Shown piece after piece: positions 40,368 through 50,341 of a stretch of DNA of 64,000 bases. Position numbers and translations under genes: made by a program. Each line of letters starts with the position of its first letter. Positions within the stretch are counted from its first letter, which is position 1. Source of the DNA: Candidatus Micrarchaeum sp. GTDB taxonomy: Archaea > Micrarchaeota > Micrarchaeia > CABMEP01. The stretch spans positions 1,041-65,040 of the forward strand of contig DYJP01000004.1 of assembly GCA_020723065.1 (NCBI GenBank), given 5' to 3'. Below the pieces are notes generated by a model. That model was given only the letters and a program-made list of their open reading frames with translations, searched no databases and was not told the origin of the DNA.

Positions 40368-40751
40368 ATGCAACAGTATCATGAATCGAAGCAGACAAAG
40401 AAGAAAACTGGCGCCAAGTTCGCAAGAGGACGCGATAAGAAGCTCGCTCATTACGGAGGCCATTTCGCAGCAACTAAAGTTAGCGACAAGAACATCCAGG
40501 TAAAGGCAAGAAAGAGGGGAGGCTCCAAGAAAATAGTATCCATTTATGCTGGATACGCGAACGTGGTCATGGCTGATGGAAAGATGAGAAAGGCTAAGAT
40601 CAAGACTGTTTTAGATTCCCCAAACAATCCGAACTTCAAGAGAATGAACATAATCACAAAGGGAGTAGTAATCGAAACAGAAGTAGGAAAAGCTAGAGTG
40701 ACCAACAGACCGGGACAGGACGGTGTGGTCAATGCAAAGATAGTCTCGTAA
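40368..40751 (+). CDS. rps8e: Ribosomal protein S8e.
   Basis: 127 aa. Basic N-terminus KKKTGAKFARGRDKKLAHYGG. C-terminal KTVLDSPNNPNF...GVVNAKIVS. Confidence 0.8.
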   Translation: MQQYHESKQTKKKTGAKFARGRDKKLAHYGGHFAATKVSDKNIQVKARKRGGSKKIVSIYAGYANVVMADGKMRKAKIKTVLDSPNNPNFKRMNIITKGVVIETEVGKARVTNRPGQDGVVNAKIVS

Positions 40752-40887
40752 ATCTTTTTTTTATTTTTTAGGTATTTATCCTCAATTTTTTTTAATAACA
40801 AATAGCTTTATGTTATTTTCTTTTTAGATTATTACATTTGATTTTTGATCTGTGTTCTAATTTTTAGAATGCGGCGTCTAAGGTGAT

Positions 40888-41208
40888 TTGATGGCATTAG
40901 AAGTTAATGAACAAACATTCGAGCAGGAAGTGTTGAAGTCTGAAGGAATGGTTATAGTTGATTTTTGGGCACAATGGTGCATGCCATGCAGGATGCTGGG
41001 GCCAATTCTCGATGAAGTAAGTAAGACAGGAAAGGTCAAGGTGGTCAAGGTCAATGTGGATCAGAACCCTAACCTTGCAGGTTCCTTCGGAGTTTCCAGC
41101 ATTCCGACAATGATCCTGTTCAAGAACGGGAAGCCTGTGAGTGGAAGAATAGGCGTCATTTCTATGCAACAGATACTTACATGGGTGGAATCCGCAGCCG
41201 CGGAATAA
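40888..41208 (+). CDS. trx: Thioredoxin.
   Basis: WAQWCMPCRMLGP active site (CxxC). 106 aa. Confidence 0.85.
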   Translation: MMALEVNEQTFEQEVLKSEGMVIVDFWAQWCMPCRMLGPILDEVSKTGKVKVVKVNVDQNPNLAGSFGVSSIPTMILFKNGKPVSGRIGVISMQQILTWVESAAAE

Positions 41209-41288
41209 ACTGTTTATCTTTCCTTATTTTTATTATCTTTCGTCTTATTTTTGATTAGGTTTTTAAACTTACACTCTAATACTCTTTT

Positions 41289-42410
41289 ATGGCCAAAGTG
41301 AAAAAAATTAATGTCAAAAAACCGGCTGGTAAAAAACAAAAAGCTAAGATTACTGAACCTAAGTCTTATTCTAAATCCAGGATAAAGCCCGATTTGAAAA
41401 AGAACAGGCACCATGAGATGTTGGAAAGGATTTTCGAGGGGATAAAGGATATCGAATATGTCCCGAAGCGTAAGAAGATATTGGAAGTTGAGCCGCACAC
41501 TGAGCCGATTCTTCCATTTCGAGCCATCCCTCAAAATGAGCAGTTCGAAACAGAGCAGCCGGAAGAAAAGATTCATGTTCATGAGAAATCAGCGCCTTCT
41601 ACAAGAAAAGAACCCGCAAAGATAAGACCGAAAGAGGTTCAGCTAATAAAGTCTATTGCAGTTTTAGAGAAGCCCAAGACAATAATACAGCCACCTCGTA
41701 TCATTAAGACTGGGATTTCCGGTTTTGATGAAATGTGCGGTGGTGGAATAGAAGAGAAATCGATTGTACTGATCAATGGAGATCCTGGAAGCGGAAAGAC
41801 AATATTCGGGCTGCAGTTCCTTAATGAAGGAATAAAGAAAGGTGAAGCAGGCCTTTTCATCAGCTTCGGAGAGCCTAGGGAGACTCTTTACTCTAGGATG
41901 CTTAGTTTTGGAATGAATTTCCAGGAAATGGAGGAAAAGCATCTTTTCTTCTTCTTGGAATATCAGCCACATGAAGTTGCGAAGATTATGCAGGAAGAAG
42001 GTGGAACGATTTATGATATAATAACGTCTTATAATATCAAGAGAGTAGTCATCGACACCATAACTCCTTATCTTATGCAGTTTACGGAGCCGTACAATGC
42101 GCGCCTTGCACTTATCAGATTCTTCAATGTATTTAGAAAGTTCAATGTGACAACTTTACTCTTAAATGAGTGGTCTTCAGATGTTCCGCCATATCCATCA
42201 ACCATGGTTGCGGAATTCCTTGCAGACGGTATCGTCTATCTCATCCACAAAAGGTCTCCTGACGGAGTGCAGGTCAGAGGGGTGGAGATATGGAAGATGA
42301 CGGGAATGAACCACACAGAGGTGGCTAGACCGTTTGCGTTCACCCCTAAAGGGATAGTAATATATCCGAATGAAAGGCTGTTCTTTGGTTCTTCATCAAA
42401 AAAATTCTAA
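41289..42410 (+). CDS. KaiC/RecA-superfamily ATPase (FlaH-like) with a roughly 140-aa lysine-rich disordered N-terminal extension.
   Basis: GISGFDEMCGGGIEEKSIVLINGDPGSGKTIFGLQFL (Walker A). Walker B is RVVIDTIT. The N-terminus reads MAKVKKINVKKPAGKKQKAK... Confidence 0.75.
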   Translation: MAKVKKINVKKPAGKKQKAKITEPKSYSKSRIKPDLKKNRHHEMLERIFEGIKDIEYVPKRKKILEVEPHTEPILPFRAIPQNEQFETEQPEEKIHVHEKSAPSTRKEPAKIRPKEVQLIKSIAVLEKPKTIIQPPRIIKTGISGFDEMCGGGIEEKSIVLINGDPGSGKTIFGLQFLNEGIKKGEAGLFISFGEPRETLYSRMLSFGMNFQEMEEKHLFFFLEYQPHEVAKIMQEEGGTIYDIITSYNIKRVVIDTITPYLMQFTEPYNARLALIRFFNVFRKFNVTTLLLNEWSSDVPPYPSTMVAEFLADGIVYLIHKRSPDGVQVRGVEIWKMTGMNHTEVARPFAFTPKGIVIYPNERLFFGSSSKKF

Positions 42411-42433
42411 ATTTCGATTAATTCGTAAGGGCG

Positions 42434-43510
42434 TTGCTGATGGTCGAAAAAACCACAATAAGCAAAATGAATTTCAAATGCAGGAAAGGTCAGGGTGGGG
42501 TGGAGTATATAGTTCTTCTCTCCTTCACGGTGGTGTTCTTTTTAATAGTTATCTATGTCGTGAACGATCAGCTTTCGTTGGTCAATCAGCAGCAAAGGTT
42601 GGAGCAGGCGAAATTCGCATTGAGCGAAATAGGAAATGCTGCCAAGGATGTTTATCAGCAGGGTGCAGGCGCCCAGAAGGAAGTCACTGTTACATTTCCA
42701 CAGGGTGTAGCGGGTCCAGGAATCGTAATAAATAATACTCTTCAAATAACATTTGAAGGTTCCGACCTAACATATTTTCTACCATTTCCAATTTCCGGAA
42801 GCATACCTAATTCAACAGGATCATTTACCTTGATTTTGGTTTCCTACGGCAGCTCTGTTGCCATCGGTTCTTCAATCTTTTCGCTTTCTCCTACTGGGAT
42901 ATCTGATTCATACTGCTCTCCAGCTGAATTGCTTATTGTAAATAAGGATATTACAATAATAAATAACATCAATGAATCTATAGATGTCAATATGTCGATC
43001 GCGTGGAGTGACTGGGCAGTTAATTTTTCGCTTTCAAATTATTCTGTTACCATCCCTTCGTATGATAGTACGAATATAACCGCGACGTTTGACATTTATC
43101 CTAATGTATTAGGAGTCTATTCCGGAACTATAACTTATTCCGAAGGGAACTACAGCGTGATCATGCCAGTCATAATCAGCGTCGAATCCTGCGCAGGAGG
43201 CCAGGTTGTATCATATATTACAGTGCAGACTTTTAATGACTCAACATATTCATATCCTGAGTCTCAATTTTATCTTCCGGAGATTTCAACCATATCTACA
43301 AACGGATGGTTTCCAAATTCTGAAGTCACTTTGGATTTGAGGGATCCGAATAATTTCAGCGTTGACACCTTCCCAAAAACGGTGACTGTCAATTCGACTG
43401 GTGGATATAGTGAGCAGTGGGAAGTTAATGGAATTTTCGGGACATATACAATTATTGCAAATTCATCTGAATACAACGCTACTACAACTTTTACGGTGAC
43501 CCCATGCTGA
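42434..43510 (+). CDS. Pilin-like protein with a class III signal peptide and a large T/S/N-rich extracellular domain.
   Basis: CRKGQ|GGVEYIVLLSFTVVFFLIVIYVV. Many N-x-S/T sequons. Confidence 0.6.
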   Translation: MLMVEKTTISKMNFKCRKGQGGVEYIVLLSFTVVFFLIVIYVVNDQLSLVNQQQRLEQAKFALSEIGNAAKDVYQQGAGAQKEVTVTFPQGVAGPGIVINNTLQITFEGSDLTYFLPFPISGSIPNSTGSFTLILVSYGSSVAIGSSIFSLSPTGISDSYCSPAELLIVNKDITIINNINESIDVNMSIAWSDWAVNFSLSNYSVTIPSYDSTNITATFDIYPNVLGVYSGTITYSEGNYSVIMPVIISVESCAGGQVVSYITVQTFNDSTYSYPESQFYLPEISTISTNGWFPNSEVTLDLRDPNNFSVDTFPKTVTVNSTGGYSEQWEVNGIFGTYTIIANSSEYNATTTFTVTPC

Positions 43511-46092
43511 AACAAATAAGGATTAAACTGCCAGCCCTCCTTTGGGTTCTTTCATTTATTTTGCTAACTTCGCTTTCATTTGCAAATAATGCAACCGCTG
43601 TTTACCGCTCAAATACTGGGTCAGGGTTGAGTTTTCCTAAAATAATGGAATGGAATTCTGCAGGTTCAGGCAGTTGGGGGTCTGGGCTTGAGCTTGCCAC
43701 TGCCGGTTCTTCTGTACGAGAAGCAATCATTAAATACTCTCCAGTGTCTCCGAAAAGAGTGATTGTCACCCAAAGTGACGATGGTTATCTTGATGCTTAT
43801 GTTTCGTTTGACGGTGTAGATTGGGAAGTTACGAATGATATTGGTAGAGTATGGACGTCTGCCCCGAGTACCCATTCAAGGAGATTTGATATTGCGTTTG
43901 AGAGTGCTACTGGTGACACAGTTTTGGTGTATTCTGTTGTAAGCACTAATACTTCATGCGATATTGCATACAAGGTACTTCCAGCTAACGCATCTAATTT
44001 CTCAGGCATTTCGGAGCAGTGCATAGATGATACTACGGAAACTGGCGATGTCCAATATAGTTGGATAAGTGCTGCTAGTGATCCAGTATCATCCAGTGAA
44101 GAGATAATAATCGTAGGATTCGACAGTACGCGGAACGATGTTAATGCATTTGTGTGGGATGGCAAGGCTTGGGGTAATCAACAGCAGGTCACTGCAGCTG
44201 CGACAGCGACTGGAGGCTACGAGGCAATTGCAGTAGCATATGCTGCGGACGGAAGCAAGGCGATGGTTGTTTCTGGAGATCGTACGAGTGGAAACATTGC
44301 GACATATTACTGGGGTGGTACTTCTTGGACGAACAGCGCAGACTTCATAGGTCCAACGAACAGTAGGGATGTCAGATGGATTACTCTGAAGGAAGATCCT
44401 TCAACTGATGACATGACTGCAGTGTTCGTAGACAACACCGTGCGATTCGGAACTGCATACTGGAACGGTTCAGCATGGACTGTGTTGCAGAACCTTGATG
44501 GTGGTGCGGCAATAGATAGCGGATCTACGCGACCGGTTGATTTTGCATGGGATCCGACAGGTTCTACTGGCCGTGTGGTGTTCGATACTGATGGTGATGG
44601 TGTCAAATTGAGGACTATCGCATGCAACCCCCAATGCAATGGCACCCCCACTGATTTCTTCTCATATGCAGCTGCAGGTCGTTGGATATCATTATATACG
44701 AATCCGACAGCTGCGGATGCTGTAAATTTTCTTGGGGTGAGGCTTAATAGTAATAATGATATTGGATCATTCAGTTGGAACGGAACAGGATTCGCAAATT
44801 ATGGGGTTGCAATACTTACTACCGATACAAGTGTGAGTACGTTTGAAGCGTCTTCTCTTGATTTCCAGAGAGCATTCGATACAATTGCGCCTTCATATTC
44901 CGACCTGGCGCAGAGCAACAGTACTTTGTATCAGGGCGATACGAATTATCTCACAGCGGTGTGGACAGATAACGTTCAGCTGAAGACAGCGAAATTGGAG
45001 ACGAATGAGACCGGGGTCTGGGAGAATAAGACAACATATGGTTCGCCGCTTTCGCTTAAAGGCAATTATTCTCTTGTCAATTTCAGCTGGAGCAATTCGT
45101 CAGTGTCTGCAGGCACAGTAATCGGATGGAGGATATGGGCAAGCGATAGATCAAACAATTGGGCCGTTACGAGCACTATGAATTTCACAATTATTCCCAA
45201 GATCTACAACTTCACAGTTACTCCTTCATCAGATTCATTCTCGGTGCAAAATGACACTTACATAGACAGGAACTACACCTTGATAAACACAGGAAATCAG
45301 CCTCTCAGCATTACCTGTTCAGACAATGCAACATGGGTCTTCAATATTACTGCATGCCCCTTAAGCTTCAACGTAAACTCATCAGTGAACGTCACCTTCA
45401 GGTTCAATGCAACCGAAAGGCCGATAGGGATTGATTATGTGTTTCTAAACTTTACAGACCCTTATGTTTCTAGAAATGTTACTGTGAATGTAACAATTAC
45501 AGAAAAGGATACTATCTCCCCAATTATTAATTCCGTTTCAGATACTCCAGATCCAGTTCCACAGAATGGGACAGTAACTATCTCTGCAAACATTACAGAC
45601 AATTACGGAGTAAATTCCGCCAAAGTTCAGATAAACAATACTAATTATTCCATGGTTCAGATCTCTTCTGATATCTGGCAATATAATTACACTGCTTCGC
45701 TTCCTTATGACACTTATACATATACTGTTTATGCAAATGACACTTCGAATAACAACGCAACGCCTGTTAGCAGCAATTTCACAGTTTCATCGATTATATA
45801 TCCAACTGTGACGACAGATTCGGTCTCATATACAATGTGCAGCGCTGTTTATTATAAAATTTCAGTTTTCGATGTTAATGATCAACCAGTTGATGCCCAT
45901 ATATCAAATTCATTAAAGAGCCCATTGAATGAAACAATACCACTTATAAACACATCAACAGGCAATGGCGGAACCGGGATATACCTTGGTCTGTTCTATA
46001 TTCATTCAAATTATTCCACTACTGGGCAGTGGGATTTGGAGTCCTTGTCAGGTTATGTGAAAGGGCAGACAACTTTTTCGATTTCATCTTGA
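43504..46092 (+). CDS. Large secreted, glycosylation-rich surface protein (862 aa). Candidate pilus-associated adhesin or cap, or S-layer-like.
   Basis: Sec-type signal LPALLWVLSFILLTSLSFA. Dozens of N-x-S/T sequons. Beta-rich. Overlaps the upstream gene by 7 nt. Confidence 0.55.
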   Translation: MLKQIRIKLPALLWVLSFILLTSLSFANNATAVYRSNTGSGLSFPKIMEWNSAGSGSWGSGLELATAGSSVREAIIKYSPVSPKRVIVTQSDDGYLDAYVSFDGVDWEVTNDIGRVWTSAPSTHSRRFDIAFESATGDTVLVYSVVSTNTSCDIAYKVLPANASNFSGISEQCIDDTTETGDVQYSWISAASDPVSSSEEIIIVGFDSTRNDVNAFVWDGKAWGNQQQVTAAATATGGYEAIAVAYAADGSKAMVVSGDRTSGNIATYYWGGTSWTNSADFIGPTNSRDVRWITLKEDPSTDDMTAVFVDNTVRFGTAYWNGSAWTVLQNLDGGAAIDSGSTRPVDFAWDPTGSTGRVVFDTDGDGVKLRTIACNPQCNGTPTDFFSYAAAGRWISLYTNPTAADAVNFLGVRLNSNNDIGSFSWNGTGFANYGVAILTTDTSVSTFEASSLDFQRAFDTIAPSYSDLAQSNSTLYQGDTNYLTAVWTDNVQLKTAKLETNETGVWENKTTYGSPLSLKGNYSLVNFSWSNSSVSAGTVIGWRIWASDRSNNWAVTSTMNFTIIPKIYNFTVTPSSDSFSVQNDTYIDRNYTLINTGNQPLSITCSDNATWVFNITACPLSFNVNSSVNVTFRFNATERPIGIDYVFLNFTDPYVSRNVTVNVTITEKDTISPIINSVSDTPDPVPQNGTVTISANITDNYGVNSAKVQINNTNYSMVQISSDIWQYNYTASLPYDTYTYTVYANDTSNNNATPVSSNFTVSSIIYPTVTTDSVSYTMCSAVYYKISVFDVNDQPVDAHISNSLKSPLNETIPLINTSTGNGGTGIYLGLFYIHSNYSTTGQWDLESLSGYVKGQTTFSISS

Positions 46093-46107
46093 TTAATATT
46101 TATATTA

Positions 46108-46518
46108 TTGTTTAACTGGTGCAAGGAAATGGCCTATTATAAAGCGCAGATTTCAATGGAATTCTTCATTTTATTCATAATCATAATTGCGATATTTTCG
46201 ATGTTCTTCGTGTTCAACACTCAGGTTCAGAACTTGGTGAATCAGCTTGTTTCTTATAATGAGGCGTCTTCTGCCGCATTTGAAGTCGGTGCCGCGGTCA
46301 ATAATGTGATAGGCAACAGGGGACTTGTGATCGTGGCTACATTGCCCCCTTATTATGCGATTTCATATCAACCTGGCTCTATAATTGCCACAGACATCAG
46401 GTCAAACATTTCCGGATCTTGGCCGGTGCTTTATGCACCAATAATCGTGAACGTGAGCCAGAACGCCACTGAAATAAGCGTTTTTTTGGCCGGGGATTCG
46501 ATTCAGTTAAACGGATGA
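46108..46518 (+). CDS. Type IV pilin-like protein (class III signal peptide).
   Basis: YYKAQ|ISMEFFILFIIIIAIF contains QISMEF, the motif characteristic of euryarchaeal EppA/PibD substrates. Confidence 0.6.
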   Translation: MFNWCKEMAYYKAQISMEFFILFIIIIAIFSMFFVFNTQVQNLVNQLVSYNEASSAAFEVGAAVNNVIGNRGLVIVATLPPYYAISYQPGSIIATDIRSNISGSWPVLYAPIIVNVSQNATEISVFLAGDSIQLNG

Positions 46519-46534
46519 GATTCAAGGGAATAGA

Positions 46535-47065
46535 ATGGGCAAAAGATTCAAGGATTGGAAAAACGGAAGATTATGCAATTGTTTTTCTGGGCATTCAAAG
46601 AAAGGACAGACTTACATGGTCGAGCTCGTCTTCGTGGTGCTGCTGGCGAGCATCCTCGCCTTCATCTTGATTTCTTTCTTTTCTTTCTTAGTTAAGGAAG
46701 ATATAAAGGGAAACAAACCATATATCACTGTCTGGGGCGCGTCGGATGTTTTATTACATTCAACCGGATTTTCCCCAGATTGGGAAGAGACAGGAAACCT
46801 TTCGGCGATCGGAATCGCATATGAGCGAAATGTTTTGGCGGATCCAAAGCTCGTCTTCCTTTCTTCCGTAAGCGCTGAGGAGATTTCAAGGCTAATGCAC
46901 CTGGAGATTTATAATGTTTCAATTGAATTACTGCATGAAGGAATGGTTTATTACCAGTTCGGTTCTGTTGGGAATTCCACGCAAATCCAGCAGGTTGAAC
47001 GTACGTGCGTTTCTTCAAACGGAACCCCGTTCCTTTTGAGGATACGAGTCGGCGGAAATGAATAA
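46535..47065 (+). CDS. Type IV pilin-like protein (class III signal peptide).
   Basis: SKKGQ|TYMVELVFVVLLASILAFIL. Confidence 0.6.
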   Translation: MGKRFKDWKNGRLCNCFSGHSKKGQTYMVELVFVVLLASILAFILISFFSFLVKEDIKGNKPYITVWGASDVLLHSTGFSPDWEETGNLSAIGIAYERNVLADPKLVFLSSVSAEEISRLMHLEIYNVSIELLHEGMVYYQFGSVGNSTQIQQVERTCVSSNGTPFLLRIRVGGNE

Positions 47066-47075
47066 TACATAGGTT

Positions 47076-47459
47076 ATGTGCATGAGTTACAAGGGGTTTA
47101 TAGCGGTTCTTGACGCTTTGATAGCGCTTATAATGCTGGTTATGTTTACTACCATAATCTTTTCCCAGCTTCAGAATTTGCCTTCCTTGAATGAGGCTTT
47201 AATATTCAAGCAAGGCTATGACATACTTTCAGTTTTAGAGTATACGAACTTCTCAGATCCTCAGGCAGTTTTCTTCGAAACTAGCGGCCCGCTTTGCATG
47301 AGGCTTGAGCTTTACAACGGAGTCGCTTCCCAAAAAACAGGGTACTATGTGAAAAGTGGATGCGACTACAATTATGTCAACGAAAAGACGATATGGAGAA
47401 CATACGTCGTTGAAGGCGAATTCAAGACGGCGAAGCTTGCGATATGGATGAAAGAATAG
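47076..47459 (+). CDS. Type IV pilin-like protein (class III signal peptide).
   Basis: SYKG|FIAVLDALIALIMLVMF. Confidence 0.55.
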   Translation: MCMSYKGFIAVLDALIALIMLVMFTTIIFSQLQNLPSLNEALIFKQGYDILSVLEYTNFSDPQAVFFETSGPLCMRLELYNGVASQKTGYYVKSGCDYNYVNEKTIWRTYVVEGEFKTAKLAIWMKE

Positions 47460-47481
47460 TATTGAATATGCGGGTAATTCG

Positions 47482-48339
47482 ATGAATAGAAATATTAAAA
47501 AACATTTCGGTGGATGCAAAAAAGGATATTTTCTTTCCTTAATTGTAATATCTATTCTAATGGTACTTTCTGCGTTCACGCTTGAGATCGTCTCCCAGCG
47601 TTATGACGAGTACTCGATTTTGAAGGAACAGGTGTTTTCCGACAAGCTTGCATTTACAGTCAATGACGTTCTGATGGACATAAGGCCGATGCTTAGCTTC
47701 GTCCAGCTGAGCAATTCATCGCATTCGGTATTCGAGGAGAACTACACCTATGTGAAGTCTGTCTACCTGTCGGATGAGCAGTCCAATCTTGAATCCTTTT
47801 CAAACCTTTCCGGAACCGCGATCGGATTCTCTTACTCTTTTCCGCTGCAAATAAACCTTTCAAACGGGCTTACTTATGTTTCAGACGAATCCGATCTTCT
47901 TCAGAGAAACATAGCGATATACAACAGGACCGGGGCGAATCTGGAGTTAAACAGCTATTATATTGACATCGTTTCCAATCAATCAAGGGGGGCTTACATT
48001 GAGCCCACCTTCGGCGCTTCCGGAACCTACGTCCGCATAAACTATACAGATCCAGTTCCATCGCTATCGTTTGTTTCAGAAGGGTATCTTAATGGAAACA
48101 ACCTCAATATTTGGAGGATAAACCTTCCGCTTATAGACAAGAATGCGACAATAAAGTTCGGACTGATCGATGGAAAAACGAATGCATTCTCTCTTCATCA
48201 ATATGATATAAATTACATTGATTTTGTAAGGGTAGATATCAATTTTACGGACAAGACGGATCTTTACGGAAATTACAGCATATTTCTTAATATGAGCTTC
48301 CCGAACGCGAATTTCATCCATCCTCTTACAGTTAGGTGA
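47482..48339 (+). CDS. Type IV pilin-like protein (class III signal peptide) with a larger extracellular domain.
   Basis: CKKG|YFLSLIVISILMVLSAF. N-glycosylation sequons. Confidence 0.55.
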   Translation: MNRNIKKHFGGCKKGYFLSLIVISILMVLSAFTLEIVSQRYDEYSILKEQVFSDKLAFTVNDVLMDIRPMLSFVQLSNSSHSVFEENYTYVKSVYLSDEQSNLESFSNLSGTAIGFSYSFPLQINLSNGLTYVSDESDLLQRNIAIYNRTGANLELNSYYIDIVSNQSRGAYIEPTFGASGTYVRINYTDPVPSLSFVSEGYLNGNNLNIWRINLPLIDKNATIKFGLIDGKTNAFSLHQYDINYIDFVRVDINFTDKTDLYGNYSIFLNMSFPNANFIHPLTVR

Positions 48340-48531
48340 ATTTTCGATTGGTTTTTGCTTTAGTTTATATAAGTTTTTCCTATCCTCTAAGATAACCTTT
48401 ATAAATATTAATACATTAACTATAAGTAGCTCATTTTTCAGAGCAACAGTTTTCTGCCTACTATAGCAGTTATCCTGTTATGTGCGGCAGACCATTCTGT
48501 ACAGGAAATGTTTATTTAGGAGGGATATAAT

Positions 48532-49803
48532 ATGGCAGCAAAAGAACACATGAATCTGATCTTTATAGGTCACGTCGATCACGGAAAATCGACATCTGTA
48601 GGGCGTGTTCTCTATGATACGGGTGCGCTCACCGAGCAAGAAATGAAGAAGCTTAAGGAAGAAGCAGCAAAGGTAGGAAAGGCGACTTTTGAGTTTGCAT
48701 TCGCAATGGACAGGCTCAAGGAAGAAAGAGAAAGAGGAGTCACCATCGATATTGCGCACAGGGAATTCCAGACGCCGAAATATCATTTTACGATCATTGA
48801 TGCACCAGGACACAAGGACTTCGTTAAGAACATGATTACGGGCGCATCTCAGGCAGATGCGGCAGTACTTGTCTGTTCAGTCAAGGATGGAATCCAGCAG
48901 CAGACAAGAGAGCATGCTTTCTTGGCGAAGGTGCTCGGTATTGGACAGGTTATCGTTGCAATCAATAAGATGGATACAGTGGCATACGATAGGGTGAAGT
49001 TTGAGGATATGAAGAAGCAGCTTCAGACTTTTCTGCAGACAATCGGATTCAAGCCCGATTCAATACAGTACATCCCAATTTCCGCTTATGAAGGACAGAA
49101 TGTAGGAAAGAAGCCAGACAAGATGGATTGGTACCAGGGAGACACTCTTGTTGGAGCTTTTGACAAGCTCATCCCACCGAAGAAGCTCACTGATAAGCCT
49201 TTAAGACTTCCAATTCAAGAAGTATTTTCTATTACGGGCTTTGGTACTGTTCCAGTGGGAAGAGTTGAGACCGGTGTTCTTAAGCCAGGTGACAAGGTTA
49301 TTTTCATGCCGTCCAACAAGGTTGCAGAGTGCAAGTCTATTGAAATGCACCACCAGCAACTCGCTCAGGCAATTCCTGGTGACAATGTCGGTTTCAATGT
49401 GAAGGGTGTTGACAAGACTGAAATCAGCAGAGGAGACGTTGTTGGACCTGTTTCAAACCCGCCGACCGTAGTCGATACATTTACTGCGCAGATCGTGGTT
49501 CTCAATCACCCGACCGCAATCGCGATCAATTACACTCCAGTGTTCCACGCGCACACAACACAGTTCGCAGGAACATTCGTGGAGATAGTGGAGAAGAAGG
49601 ACCCGAAGACTGGCCAGACATTGCAGAAGAACCCAGACTTCATCAAGGCTGGTGACGTTGCAATCATCAAGGTTAAACCATTGAAGAACGTCTCTCTTGA
49701 GAAGTATCAGGAATTCCCGCAGCTCGGAAGATTCGCCATAAGAGATATGGGTAATACCGTTGCAGCAGGAGTCATTTTGGACATCGTGCCAAAGAAGCTC
49801 TAA
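48532..49803 (+). CDS. tuf: Translation elongation factor aEF-1alpha.
   Basis: [22 protein letters not shown] and NKMD motifs. GGAGGG Shine-Dalgarno-like sequence 8 nt upstream. Confidence 0.95.
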   Translation: MAAKEHMNLIFIGHVDHGKSTSVGRVLYDTGALTEQEMKKLKEEAAKVGKATFEFAFAMDRLKEERERGVTIDIAHREFQTPKYHFTIIDAPGHKDFVKNMITGASQADAAVLVCSVKDGIQQQTREHAFLAKVLGIGQVIVAINKMDTVAYDRVKFEDMKKQLQTFLQTIGFKPDSIQYIPISAYEGQNVGKKPDKMDWYQGDTLVGAFDKLIPPKKLTDKPLRLPIQEVFSITGFGTVPVGRVETGVLKPGDKVIFMPSNKVAECKSIEMHHQQLAQAIPGDNVGFNVKGVDKTEISRGDVVGPVSNPPTVVDTFTAQIVVLNHPTAIAINYTPVFHAHTTQFAGTFVEIVEKKDPKTGQTLQKNPDFIKAGDVAIIKVKPLKNVSLEKYQEFPQLGRFAIRDMGNTVAAGVILDIVPKKL

Positions 49804-49824
49804 GTTAGTTAAAATGTGGTTTAA

Positions 49825-50130
49825 ATGGGAAAGGCTAGAATCAAACTGATTGGCAGGGATCCTAAGGAGTTGGACGAAGTTTCGAAGCAGATAGTGGAAA
49901 TTGCGAAAGGCTCTGGAGTACCTACCAGCGGTCCAATCCCACTTCCGACCAAAAAGCTTTTTGTGGCTACAAGAAAGACGCCTTGTGGAGACGGTTCCGA
50001 CACATATGAAAGATGGCAGATGCGAATCTATAAGAGACTGATAGAGGTTGCAGGCGATGAAAGGACTTTGCGCCAGATCATGCGTGTGAAGGTTCCGGAC
50101 ACTGTTAAGATCGAGATAATAATCAGCTAA
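49825..50130 (+). CDS. rps10: Ribosomal protein S10 (uS10).
   Basis: 101 aa. ARIKLIG.D...D and GPIPLPT signatures. Conserved tuf-rps10 linkage. Confidence 0.9.
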   Translation: MGKARIKLIGRDPKELDEVSKQIVEIAKGSGVPTSGPIPLPTKKLFVATRKTPCGDGSDTYERWQMRIYKRLIEVAGDERTLRQIMRVKVPDTVKIEIIIS

Positions 50131-50215
50131 ATCAGCTGGTTGTTTTTTTCCTTTTTTCCTTTTTCTTAATCTTTTTATATCCTTTTTATAATATATTATA
50201 CAGTTATTTTTAGAA

Positions 50216-50298
50216 GCCGGGGTGGCTGAACGGCAAGGCGCTAGCCTTGAGAGCTAGTTCCGCTCTGCGGATTGCGAGTTCGAATCTCGTCCCCGGCG
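50216..50298 (+). tRNA. tRNA-Ser(UGA), class II with a long variable arm.
   Basis: GCCGGGG-UG-...-G-CUAGC-CUUGAGA-GCUAG-UUCCGCUCUGCGGAUU-GCGAG-UUCGAAU-CUCGU-CCCCGGC-G. Confidence 0.85.
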
Positions 50299-50341
50299 CA
50301 TTTTATCTAGGTTTAGAAAAAAGGTGTCAAAACTTGACGCT

